From the NCBI GenBank assembly GCA_037147375.1, contig JBAWVI010000002.1, positions 1-22,155 of the forward strand: 22,155 nt of DNA, read 5' to 3'. Within the stretch, counting starts at the first letter, position 1; every line of letters begins with the position of its first letter. The notes below the pieces were generated by a model. That model was not told the origin of the DNA and did not search any database. It saw only the letters and a list, made by a program, of their open reading frames with translations. This document shows, in pieces, positions 1 to 7,159 of the stretch. A program made the translations under genes and the position numbers. Source of the stretch: an archaeon (GTDB lineage Archaea; Iainarchaeota; Iainarchaeia; Iainarchaeales; CSSED10-239).

Positions 1-856
1 GATATCTATTTGCATCAAATACTTCAAAATCATCAGGTTTTTCTCCTGTTCCTATAAAATAGATAGGTGAGTTTGTTATGTAACAAGCAGTTAATGCTCC
101 ACCACCTTTTGCTGAACCATCAAGCTTAGTAATTATTACACCTTGCACTCCAACAGCCTTATTAAAGTGCTCTGCTTGGTCCTTTGCTGCTTGACCAATG
201 TCTGCTGAAATTACTAAAAAAGAATATTTTGGTTTGAAAACAGAATATATTTCTTTAAGTTCTGTAACTAATTCACCATCAAGAGCACTCCTTCCTGCAG
301 AATCAACTATAACAAGTCCAACTCCATTCTTTTTCATGAATGCTAGCCCTTCTTCAGTTACTTTCTTTGCGCTTGTCTCATTCTTGTTTCCATAGAAAGG
401 AACATCTACTTGTTTTGAAAGTTGAAGAAGTTGTTCATAAGCTGCTGGTCTATAAGTGTCTGCACAAATAACTCCAACCTTGATTCCTCTTTTCTTATAA
501 AATTTAGCAAGCTTTGAAGCACAGGTTGTTTTACCTGAACCAAATAAACCACATAAAAGAATTGATTCTGGATTTTCAGGAAGTTCCTTCTTTTCTTCCT
601 CTCCACCCATGTATTTTAATAAAACATTATAACAAGTTTTGATTAAATGTTCTTTACGAGAAACTCCTTCTGGAACATTTTCAAAAGCTTCAGTTTCTAT
701 TTCTTTAGATATTTTTAAAACAAGTTGCACATTAACATCTGAAGAGATTAATGCTCTTTGTATTTCTTTAATAACTTCTTTAATTAATTCCTTATCAACA
801 TGAACAGAGTTTTTAATTCTGTCCAAGGCATCACGAATCTTATCTGAAAAACCCAT
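1..856 (-). CDS. srp54: Signal recognition particle GTPase SRP54, N and G domains; the C-terminal M domain lies beyond the left window edge (partial)
   Basis: Absent from the ORF track because it runs off the window. Translating the minus strand from the ATG at 856-854, I checked every codon and found no stop down to base 2. The product starts MGFSDKIRDALDRIKNSVHVDKELIKEV. It carries GLFGSGKTT (P-loop), DSAGR and TKLDGSAKGG, the SRP54/Ffh G-domain motifs. The track ORF 406..606 is an out-of-frame shadow. Confidence 0.9.
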   Translation of the reverse strand, partial: MGFSDKIRDALDRIKNSVHVDKELIKEVIKEIQRALISSDVNVQLVLKISKEIETEAFENVPEGVSRKEHLIKTCYNVLLKYMGGEEEKKELPENPESILLCGLFGSGKTTCASKLAKFYKKRGIKVGVICADTYRPAAYEQLLQLSKQVDVPFYGNKNETSAKKVTEEGLAFMKKNGVGLVIVDSAGRSALDGELVTELKEIYSVFKPKYSFLVISADIGQAAKDQAEHFNKAVGVQGVIITKLDGSAKGGGALTACYITNSPIYFIGTGEKPDDFEVFDANRY

Positions 857-1027
857 AATAATTTACACCTATCCACTAATATATTATATATAAGGGAAAT
901 AAATATAAATGGAACATTCGTATATAAAAAGAAGGAGATTAGAGGAACTTAGCCATACTTTATAAATCTTTATTAATAGTAATATATTTATTAAGTTAGA
1001 AGAAACTTAAAAGGAGAGATAAAGATT

Positions 1028-1186
1028 ATGGGTTACACATCTTTACTTGGAGAACTTAAGAGAACCAATACTGGTAAAACCTTAAGTTCAAGAAAAAGAG
1101 AATCTAGAGAAGATGAAGATAAAGAAAAACTTGAAAGAAATCAAGATGAAAGATTAGCTTTACTTAAAAAATATTATAAAAAATAA
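1028..1186 (+). CDS. Small charged protein, 52 aa (MGYTSLLGELKRTNTGKTLSSRKRESREDEDKEKLERNQDERLALLKKYYKK); paralog of the 1527..1682 ORF
   Basis: ATG at 1028, TAA at 1184-1186, with AAGGAGAG about 10 nt upstream. The C-terminal LLKKYYKK motif recurs in ORF 1527..1682, encoded with synonymous codon differences. Below the track length cutoff. Confidence 0.45.
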   Translation: MGYTSLLGELKRTNTGKTLSSRKRESREDEDKEKLERNQDERLALLKKYYKK

Positions 1187-1201
1187 AAGAAGGAATGAAT
1201 T

Positions 1202-1495
1202 ATGGCTGGGGAAAAAGATATTCTAATTGAAGGTAAATTATTATCACTAAGACTTACAGAGCTTGAAAATAGAATAAAAGCTAGAGAAGCAACTGATAAA
1301 GATGTTCTTGAATATAGATTAAAATTAAAAAGAAAGAGTGAACTTGAAGCAAGAATAAATCAAGAACTAAAAGATAGAATGTTTAAGCTGGTAAAGAAAA
1401 AGTTAGTTGAGCCTACAAAAAAGCAAGTTAACAAGCTTGGTAAAGATAGAGCTAAAACATTAAGAGAACATTTCAAACCAAAAAGACCATTATAA
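1202..1495 (+). CDS. Hypothetical lysine/glutamate-rich coiled-coil-like protein, 97 aa
   Basis: Track ORF with GAAGGAA upstream of the ATG. It lies 15 nt after the previous small ORF. The sequence has heptad-like charged character (LRLTELENRIKAREATDKDVLEYRLKLKRKSELEARINQELKDR). I recognise no family. Confidence 0.5.
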   Translation: MAGEKDILIEGKLLSLRLTELENRIKAREATDKDVLEYRLKLKRKSELEARINQELKDRMFKLVKKKLVEPTKKQVNKLGKDRAKTLREHFKPKRPL

Positions 1496-1526
1496 ATAAA
1501 TCAAGAAAAGGAAAGTGAAATAAATT

Positions 1527-1682
1527 ATGGATAATTCATCTCCTACATTACAAAAGTATAAATCAACTTTTAAGAAAAAGGAAGAGCCAAAGGAAGAAAT
1601 AATAACTGATCCTGAAAAAAGAAGGCAAGAAAAGCTTGCTAAAGAAAGAGATTCACTTTTAAGAAAATACTATAAGAAGTGA
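1527..1682 (+). CDS. Small charged protein, 51 aa (MDNSSPTLQKYKSTFKKKEEPKEEIITDPEKRRQEKLAKERDSLLRKYYKK); paralog of the 1028..1186 ORF
   Basis: ATG at 1527, TGA at 1680-1682, with AGGAAAGTGA upstream. It shares EKL...ER..LL[KR]KYYKK with the first small ORF. Confidence 0.45.
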   Translation: MDNSSPTLQKYKSTFKKKEEPKEEIITDPEKRRQEKLAKERDSLLRKYYKK

Positions 1683-1686
1683 ATTT

Positions 1687-1839
1687 ATGCCAAGCAAACC
1701 TAAACCAAAACATACCATGCCAAATCCAATGGTTCCTAATCTACTTGCAAGAAAAGAAATTAATGAACATAACAAACTAGTAGAATTGCAAAAAAAATTA
1801 ATTGAAGACCATTTAAGACATAGAAAGAAAAAGTTATAA
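1687..1839 (+). CDS. Small basic protein, 50 aa (MPSKPKPKHTMPNPMVPNLLARKEINEHNKLVELQKKLIEDHLRHRKKKL)
   Basis: ATG at 1687, only 4 nt after the previous stop, preceded by AAGTGA. TAA at 1837-1839. Its 3-prime end overlaps the stop of the convergent ORF 1834..2475. Confidence 0.4.
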   Translation: MPSKPKPKHTMPNPMVPNLLARKEINEHNKLVELQKKLIEDHLRHRKKKL

Positions 1840-2475
1840 AACTCTTGATTTTGGTCTTACTTTTATCTTTTTACTTGGTTTTATTTCTTTAAGTTTGCTT
1901 ATTCTTGGGAATTCAATTGTTTTTTTCTTTCTTATAATATTATAATTATTTAAGATAGATAATACTCTTTCTTTTTTGAAGTTAAGAATACCATCTTTTG
2001 TGAAATACCTATCTCTAATTGGAGTGTAAATATCTAATTCTTGTTTTAAATGAGCTCTTGAATAAGCAAATTTTTTTTCTGGATCGCGAGTTGAAGTATC
2101 GTACATTGCTTTCAAAAAAGGAATTTTTTCACAAGTAAAGGAACATCCTTTTTTTAAAAGGGGAATAGAAGAAAGAATTAATGCTTCTAGAAGTATATTT
2201 CTATTTTCTTTAGTTCTAATTAAATCAGTTCCTACTCTTTGAATATATTCAACATCTATTCTTTTAGGTGCTACGCCGAACTTAATTATTTCTTGTGGTT
2301 TATCCTTGTAATATAATGCAATTATTGCTTCATTATATGCGCTTATATCTATAAATCCATCATAAAATTTGAATATTGAACGATCTTGGATTATAAAATC
2401 AGGTGGTAAAGGTATTTTTGTAAGAGTTCTTGTTATGTTCCAAATATTTTCTTTAATTATTTTTACTTGGTTCAT
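1834..2475 (-). CDS. Hypothetical protein, 213 aa, last gene of the pfdA-ftsY transcription unit; basic C-terminal tail
   Basis: Track ORF with an ATG start 17 nt downstream of the ftsY stop on the same strand. I see no recognisable motifs. The antisense track ORF 2369..2620 is a shadow. Confidence 0.6.
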   Translation of the reverse strand: MNQVKIIKENIWNITRTLTKIPLPPDFIIQDRSIFKFYDGFIDISAYNEAIIALYYKDKPQEIIKFGVAPKRIDVEYIQRVGTDLIRTKENRNILLEALILSSIPLLKKGCSFTCEKIPFLKAMYDTSTRDPEKKFAYSRAHLKQELDIYTPIRDRYFTKDGILNFKKERVLSILNNYNIIRKKKTIEFPRISKLKEIKPSKKIKVRPKSRVL

Positions 2476-2492
2476 GATTATTACAATTAGGC

Positions 2493-4001
2493 TTATACGA
2501 TTCTTTCTATTATATATTCTGGAGAAAACTTTTCTATATCATTGTATTCTTGACCTGTTCCAATATAGAAGATTGGTTTCTTTAATTCGTTTAGAATTGA
2601 GATTGCAACTCCACCTTTAGGATCTGTATCTATTTTTGTTAAAATAACTCCTGTTACTCCTATATCCTTATCAAAGTTCTTAACTTGATCAACAATTGCT
2701 TGACCTGATTGTGATTCTCCAATATAAATTGTAAGATGTGGCTTAACAACTCTTTTTATTTTTTGTAATTCTTGCATTAAGTTAATATTTGTTTCTTGTC
2801 TTCCAGCAGTGTCTATTAAAACTACATCTGCTTTGTTTGCTTTTGCAGAGGTTACTGCATCAAATGCAACTGCTGCAGGATCTGATCCATATCCTTGCTT
2901 AATAACCTTGATTTCAAGCCTTGATGCATGAACTTCTAGTTGATCAATTGCACCTGCTCTAAAAGTATCTGATGAAGCAAGGAAAACAAGCTTACCTTGT
3001 TTTTTATAAAGGTTTGCAAACTTTGAGATGGTTGTTGTTTTACCAGCTCCATTTGGGCCAATGAACATAATTACAAGTGGTTCATTATTTTCTTTCTTAA
3101 TATAATTATTAATTTCACAATCTATGTTTAGTTGTTCACTTAAACTAATCTTTATTTCTTTTTTAATATCTTCAAGAAGATTTGATTTTGAAAACTTTGC
3201 ATTTGAAAGTTTTAATTTTAAGTCTTCAACAATTGCGTGACTTGCATCAAGAGAAACATCAGCTTCAAGAAGAGATATTTCAAAATCCTCAAGGAAATCT
3301 TTTATTTCTTTTTCAGATAAAGAAACTCTAGAAACAAATAAGCTTTTGATTGCAGTAAAAACTCCTGTTTTTACTTTCTCTGGTTTTTTATCCTTAAGCT
3401 CTTCATATCTTTCAGAATAAATTGATTCTTCTTTTTCTTTTCCTTCTTCTTCAACTTCTTCTTTTAAATCTTCAATTTCTTTTTCAATCTCTTCCTTTAT
3501 TGGAAGAGGTTCTGCTTTTGGAGATTCTTTAACTGTTTCTTTTTGGATAGGTTTAATATCAATTGGTTTTGAAACTGGGATTGGTTTAACCTCTACAGGC
3601 CTAGAAACAGGAATAGGTTTAGGTTCAGGAACCTTAATTGCTTCTATTTTTGGAGCAGGCTCTTCTTTGAATTGCTCAAGCTCCTTAGCTAGCTCCTTAT
3701 CAAAATCATCAAGTTCTTCTTCCTTGGAAGAAAAGACTTCAATTTTTGGCTCTGATTGTCCATGTTTTTCTGTAATTACTTCTTTTTGTTTATCTTGAAC
3801 AACTTCTTTTAGAACCTGTTTTTCTGTAATTGGTTCAGTTAGTGTTTGAGAAATAGGTTTTTCTTGTTCTTGAATTTGTGTAGGTTCTTGAACAGGAGCT
3901 TGTGCTTGTTCTTCTTCTTTTGTTTCTTCAACCTTTTCTTGGCCTTTACCAAAGATCTTGCTTGTAAATTCTTTGAATTTATTTTTTAATAATCCAAACA
4001 T
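2493..4001 (-). CDS. ftsY: SRP receptor FtsY with a long acidic, repeat-containing N-terminal extension
   Basis: The C-terminal NG domain carries GPNGAGKTTT (P-loop), DTAGR and TKIDTDPKGG. The N-terminal region of about 215 aa is E/K/P-rich. Confidence 0.95.
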   Translation of the reverse strand: MFGLLKNKFKEFTSKIFGKGQEKVEETKEEEQAQAPVQEPTQIQEQEKPISQTLTEPITEKQVLKEVVQDKQKEVITEKHGQSEPKIEVFSSKEEELDDFDKELAKELEQFKEEPAPKIEAIKVPEPKPIPVSRPVEVKPIPVSKPIDIKPIQKETVKESPKAEPLPIKEEIEKEIEDLKEEVEEEGKEKEESIYSERYEELKDKKPEKVKTGVFTAIKSLFVSRVSLSEKEIKDFLEDFEISLLEADVSLDASHAIVEDLKLKLSNAKFSKSNLLEDIKKEIKISLSEQLNIDCEINNYIKKENNEPLVIMFIGPNGAGKTTTISKFANLYKKQGKLVFLASSDTFRAGAIDQLEVHASRLEIKVIKQGYGSDPAAVAFDAVTSAKANKADVVLIDTAGRQETNINLMQELQKIKRVVKPHLTIYIGESQSGQAIVDQVKNFDKDIGVTGVILTKIDTDPKGGVAISILNELKKPIFYIGTGQEYNDIEKFSPEYIIERIV

Positions 4002-4056
4002 AAAAAGAACCTTCTATCTATTAAAATTAAAATAAGAAAATAAAAGATATTAAACT

Positions 4057-4551
4057 TTAATTAATATCTGTGCTTGATGGAAGTGATGCTTTTGATTTTG
4101 CTTCATTCTTAGCAAGCTCATTTAATGCATATGAAAATGTATTAAGCATTTTAACTGTTTGATTATAGTTTTCCATAAACTCGCTTCTAAGCTTGTTTAA
4201 TTCTTTTTCTCTGTTTTCAATATCTCTAATAATTATATCAAGATCCTTATCAACCATGATGTTTCCTGGAAGAGTTATCTTTGCTTGTGTCTTGTTTGAA
4301 ACATTACATTCAACAAGTATTCCAGCACCAATATTTATTAAAATACTATCGCTTGGCTTACTCTTCTTGATTTCATCAAGAGTAGATTTTGCTTTAATTA
4401 TTTCTGTAAGTAAAGTTTCAACTTCTTTAATCTTTGAAGTTACTTTATTTAATTCTTGTTCTTTATTTTTATATAAAGATATAGTTTGATCTTTACTTAA
4501 TCTAACTGTTCTTGAACTACTTACTTTTGCAGTCTGTTCTTTTTTTTCCAT
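4057..4551 (-). CDS. pfdA: Prefoldin alpha subunit
   Basis: Coiled-coil ends flank two beta-hairpin segments (ILINIGAGILVECNV ... KITLPGNIMVDKDLD). Its position between aIF6 and ftsY matches the conserved archaeal neighbourhood. Confidence 0.8.
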   Translation of the reverse strand: MEKKEQTAKVSSSRTVRLSKDQTISLYKNKEQELNKVTSKIKEVETLLTEIIKAKSTLDEIKKSKPSDSILINIGAGILVECNVSNKTQAKITLPGNIMVDKDLDIIIRDIENREKELNKLRSEFMENYNQTVKMLNTFSYALNELAKNEAKSKASLPSSTDIN

Positions 4552-4568
4552 AAATATTCACCTATTAA

Positions 4569-5252
4569 TTATAAAGTAAACTTTCCTTCAAACTCAAGTG
4601 CAATCTCATCAACCTTCATAAGCTCTATGTTACTTGTAAGAGATCCAACTATAATTGAATACTTGTTTGAAATTAAATCGTTACCAACAAATGAATCACC
4701 ATAGTTAAGAGTGGTTGCTTTACCAATTACTCCAAACTTTTTAGTAAGTTCAGCAAATTCTTCTTTTTTAATATTTGGATTAACTAAGAAAAATTTATCA
4801 TTAACATAAAGAGATGAACCTGGTAAATCAAGTCCTACACAAGTTTTTGCTTCAACAGGAACCTTAAAGAACTTAGATATTTCTTTAACACTTTCCTTTG
4901 ATAAAAGTGGACTTGCTATTCCATATTTTGAATTGATTGCAAGAAGATTACCAAGTGCATTATAATCTTTAATTAATTTAACTTTAATTCCTTCTTTTTC
5001 AAGAATTTCAAGTTCCTTTGGATGAATTGAATCTTCTCCAACTACAACTTTATTGTTTACACACTTTAAGTAAACGCCTATAAGTGGAGATTGATTGATT
5101 TCCATCTTAATTATCTTAGTATTAACAAAACCAGAAATTATCTTTTCCTCTTTAGGCAAGATATTATGAGGAACTAAACAGAAATCATCTGTACAAATAG
5201 AGTTAACTCCCAAATAAGGGGAGCTACATATTAATGACTTAGTTAATCTCAT
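4569..5252 (-). CDS. eif6: Translation initiation factor 6 (aIF6)
   Basis: 227 aa with the repeated pentein-like segments typical of IF6 (SSPYLGVNSICTDDFCLVPHN..., SPLIGVYLKCVNNKVVVG...). The ATGA overlap with the L31e stop suggests translational coupling. Confidence 0.9.
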   Translation of the reverse strand: MRLTKSLICSSPYLGVNSICTDDFCLVPHNILPKEEKIISGFVNTKIIKMEINQSPLIGVYLKCVNNKVVVGEDSIHPKELEILEKEGIKVKLIKDYNALGNLLAINSKYGIASPLLSKESVKEISKFFKVPVEAKTCVGLDLPGSSLYVNDKFFLVNPNIKKEEFAELTKKFGVIGKATTLNYGDSFVGNDLISNKYSIIVGSLTSNIELMKVDEIALEFEGKFTL

Positions 5253-5692
5253 TTTGTTTCTGCTTTTTGTTTTTTATCTTCCATTGGTCTTAGCTTTCCT
5301 GTTTTCTTTTCAGGCTTAGGCTTTGCTTCCTCAGCTTTTGCATCGTCCTTTGGAACTTCTTTTGGTTTTTCTTCTTTCTTTGGTTTTGATTCCTTATCCT
5401 TATTTCCTTTTACTTTAAAGTCTTTAAATTCTTTAGAGTCTTTTAAGAAAACATAAACCTTATTATTATCTTTATCTTCTTTAATGCTTATTGCAATCTT
5501 TCTTGGAGGCTTAGTTATACTTCTACCCCAAATGTAAGCATTTACTTCTCCAGAGATAATAATATCTTTTCTTTCCTTTCTTGTATGCTTTAATAAAAAA
5601 TTATAAAGAGAGGTTATAGAATATTTAGCTCTCTTTGTTCTTGGTTTATCGTAAGCACTTGTTAATGAAACGTTGTAGCTTTCTGATGGCAT
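5249..5692 (-). CDS. rpl31e: 50S ribosomal protein L31e with a lysine-rich C-terminal extension
   Basis: The core reads RTKRAKYSITSLYNFLLKHTRKE...IISGEVNAYIWGRSITKPPRKIAISI. It is followed by about 60 aa of K/E/P-rich tail. Confidence 0.9.
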   Translation of the reverse strand: MPSESYNVSLTSAYDKPRTKRAKYSITSLYNFLLKHTRKERKDIIISGEVNAYIWGRSITKPPRKIAISIKEDKDNNKVYVFLKDSKEFKDFKVKGNKDKESKPKKEEKPKEVPKDDAKAEEAKPKPEKKTGKLRPMEDKKQKAETK

Positions 5693-5710
5693 AATATATC
5701 ACATTTAATT

Positions 5711-6031
5711 TTATTTTTTCTTTGGTTTTACTTTTGTAGAAACATTTGTGTTTCTATTCATTAATCTATTCTTCTTATTGAACTTTGTGGATTTTCCTCT
5801 TTTACCACTCTTAGCTCCAGCTTTTAATTTTTCTTTTACAAGATCTATCTGAAGTGATCTGTATTTGCTTCCAAATTCTGTTTCTCTCCAGTTTCTTTTT
5901 TGTCTTCTATTCCAAATTCTCTTACCAGCTTTTTGAATAATCCAAACAGGAGTATTCATATATCCTGGACCAACTTTTTTTCTTTGAGCAATCAAGAATT
6001 CTTTTTTGTCTCTATCTTTGTTTCTTGCCAT
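5711..6031 (-). CDS. rpl39e: 50S ribosomal protein L39e with a C-terminal extension of about 55 aa
   Basis: MARNKDRDKKEFLIAQRKKVGPGYMNTPVWIIQKAGKRIWNRRQKRNWRETEF matches the L39e pattern. The track starts at a TTG (6037). The ATG at 6031 gives the canonical MARNK N-terminus. AGGAG lies upstream. Confidence 0.85.
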   Translation of the reverse strand: MARNKDRDKKEFLIAQRKKVGPGYMNTPVWIIQKAGKRIWNRRQKRNWRETEFGSKYRSLQIDLVKEKLKAGAKSGKRGKSTKFNKKNRLMNRNTNVSTKVKPKKK

Positions 6032-6063
6032 AAACAATCTAACTCCTTAAAATATTAATTTAT

Positions 6064-6561
6064 TTATTCAACTACTTCCTTTGGTGCTTCTTCTTTCTTT
6101 CCTTTTTTAATTGCTACATGTGGTTTTTTACCTGGATTTGCTTCCTTGTATATCTTAGCAGCAATTTTATCAACGTACTTTTGACCATTAGGAGTAATAA
6201 TTCTTCCTTTCTTATTTTCAGATATCTTAACAAAACCAAGTTTTTCAAGATCTTGCATACAAGTTCTGATTATTTTTCCACCAGCTTGTCTAAAAATAGG
6301 AGGTCTAACACCACGTCTTTTCTTTCCACCATAATAATTTCTTAAAGCATTTACAGTTACGTGACCTTCGATGTATGTTTTTCTTAAAATAGAAGCCATT
6401 CTAACATACCACCAATCTTCTCTAACTGGAGCTCTTTCTGTATGAGAACCTGTTTTTACATATGCTGTAAATTCAGGAGCCTTTACTTTTTTATTATCTT
6501 TAAGATCTTTTGCAATCTCTTCAATTAATGTACGTGCTTGTACATCGTTAACTGTTGTCAA
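6064..6561 (-). CDS. rps19e: 30S ribosomal protein S19e
   Basis: (M)TTVNDVQARTLIEEIAKDLK...PEFTAYVKTGSHTERAP...WWYVRMASILRK is characteristic of S19e. The start codon read from the sequence is TTG, 7 nt after a GGTGA Shine-Dalgarno motif. Confidence 0.92.
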   Translation of the reverse strand: MTTVNDVQARTLIEEIAKDLKDNKKVKAPEFTAYVKTGSHTERAPVREDWWYVRMASILRKTYIEGHVTVNALRNYYGGKKRRGVRPPIFRQAGGKIIRTCMQDLEKLGFVKISENKKGRIITPNGQKYVDKIAAKIYKEANPGKKPHVAIKKGKKEEAPKEVVE

Positions 6562-6681
6562 AGTTGTTCACCTCAAATTTTAAATTAAGTTTTTGTATTT
6601 ACTATAAAATAAGTTATATTTTATCTTTATATATAATATACCCATAGTTCTATTTAAATATGTTTCTTCTCGGCCTTTTCT

Positions 6682-6993
6682 TCAAATACTTATCTTCTTT
6701 ACATAGTTGCATGAGAGACAATGAAGTTGAAGATATCTTTTTACTTTATGATTTACTTTTCCTCTCATTATTCTAGTTTTTGTATTATTTGCATCTCTTA
6801 TCTCAAAACAATTCTTGCAAACTTGTATTTGTATTTCTTTTGGAACTCTATAATTAATTTTTTTTGCAAATTCAAATGCAAGTTTCACATATCTTTTAAT
6901 ATATGGGTTGCTTTTATAAGATTTATTTTCAGAAATAGCAAAATCAATTAAGTAAGATATTTTTTTTTTAATAGCATCTTTGTTTTTTACCAT
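6682..6993 (-). CDS. rnp4: RNase P protein component 4 (Rpr2/Rpp21 family, zinc ribbon)
   Basis: YIKRYVKLAFEFAKKINYRVPKEIQIQVCKNCFEI...LHCLSCNYV carries the CxxC...CxxC ribbon of Rpr2. I moved the start to the ATG at 6993 (MVKNKDAIKK), which has AGGAG 5 nt upstream. The first 31 codons of the track ORF run through the tRNA-Gly gene. Confidence 0.8.
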   Translation of the reverse strand: MVKNKDAIKKKISYLIDFAISENKSYKSNPYIKRYVKLAFEFAKKINYRVPKEIQIQVCKNCFEIRDANNTKTRIMRGKVNHKVKRYLQLHCLSCNYVKKISI

Positions 6994-7028
6994 AATTTCT
7001 CCTTTCTTGAAAAAATTTAAAAGAGAAA

Positions 7029-7100
7029 TGCACCCGCCGAGAGTCGGACTCGGGCCGAAAGCTTGGCAAGCTCCCATACTAACCACTATACTACAGGTGC
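7029..7100 (-). tRNA. tRNA-Gly (anticodon GCC at 7065-7067), 72 nt, no encoded CCA
   Basis: Hand-folded cloverleaf: GCACCTG TA GTAT AGTGGTTA GTAT G GGAGC TTGCCAA GCTTT CGGC CCGAG TCCGACT CTCGG CGGGTGC A. The acceptor has 7 bp with one G-U pair. It is a GC-rich island in AT-rich DNA. Confidence 0.85.
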
Positions 7101-7159
7101 ATAACTTGAATAATAATATAATTAATATAAAAAATGTTTATAAATGTGTTGTCTAGTCA

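Noticed and set aside
198-606. Track ORFs 198..395 (+) and 406..606 (-) inside the SRP54 region
   Set aside because: Both are out-of-frame or antisense shadows of the hand-verified SRP54 frame (open from 856 to the window edge). Their products are low-complexity nonsense.
6994-7086. The N-terminal 31 codons of track ORF 6682..7086 (MVSMGACQAFGPSPTLGGC...)
   Set aside because: This stretch is the reverse-complement reading of the tRNA-Gly gene (7029-7100). The true Rpr2 start is the ATG at 6993, which has an AGGAG ribosome-binding site.
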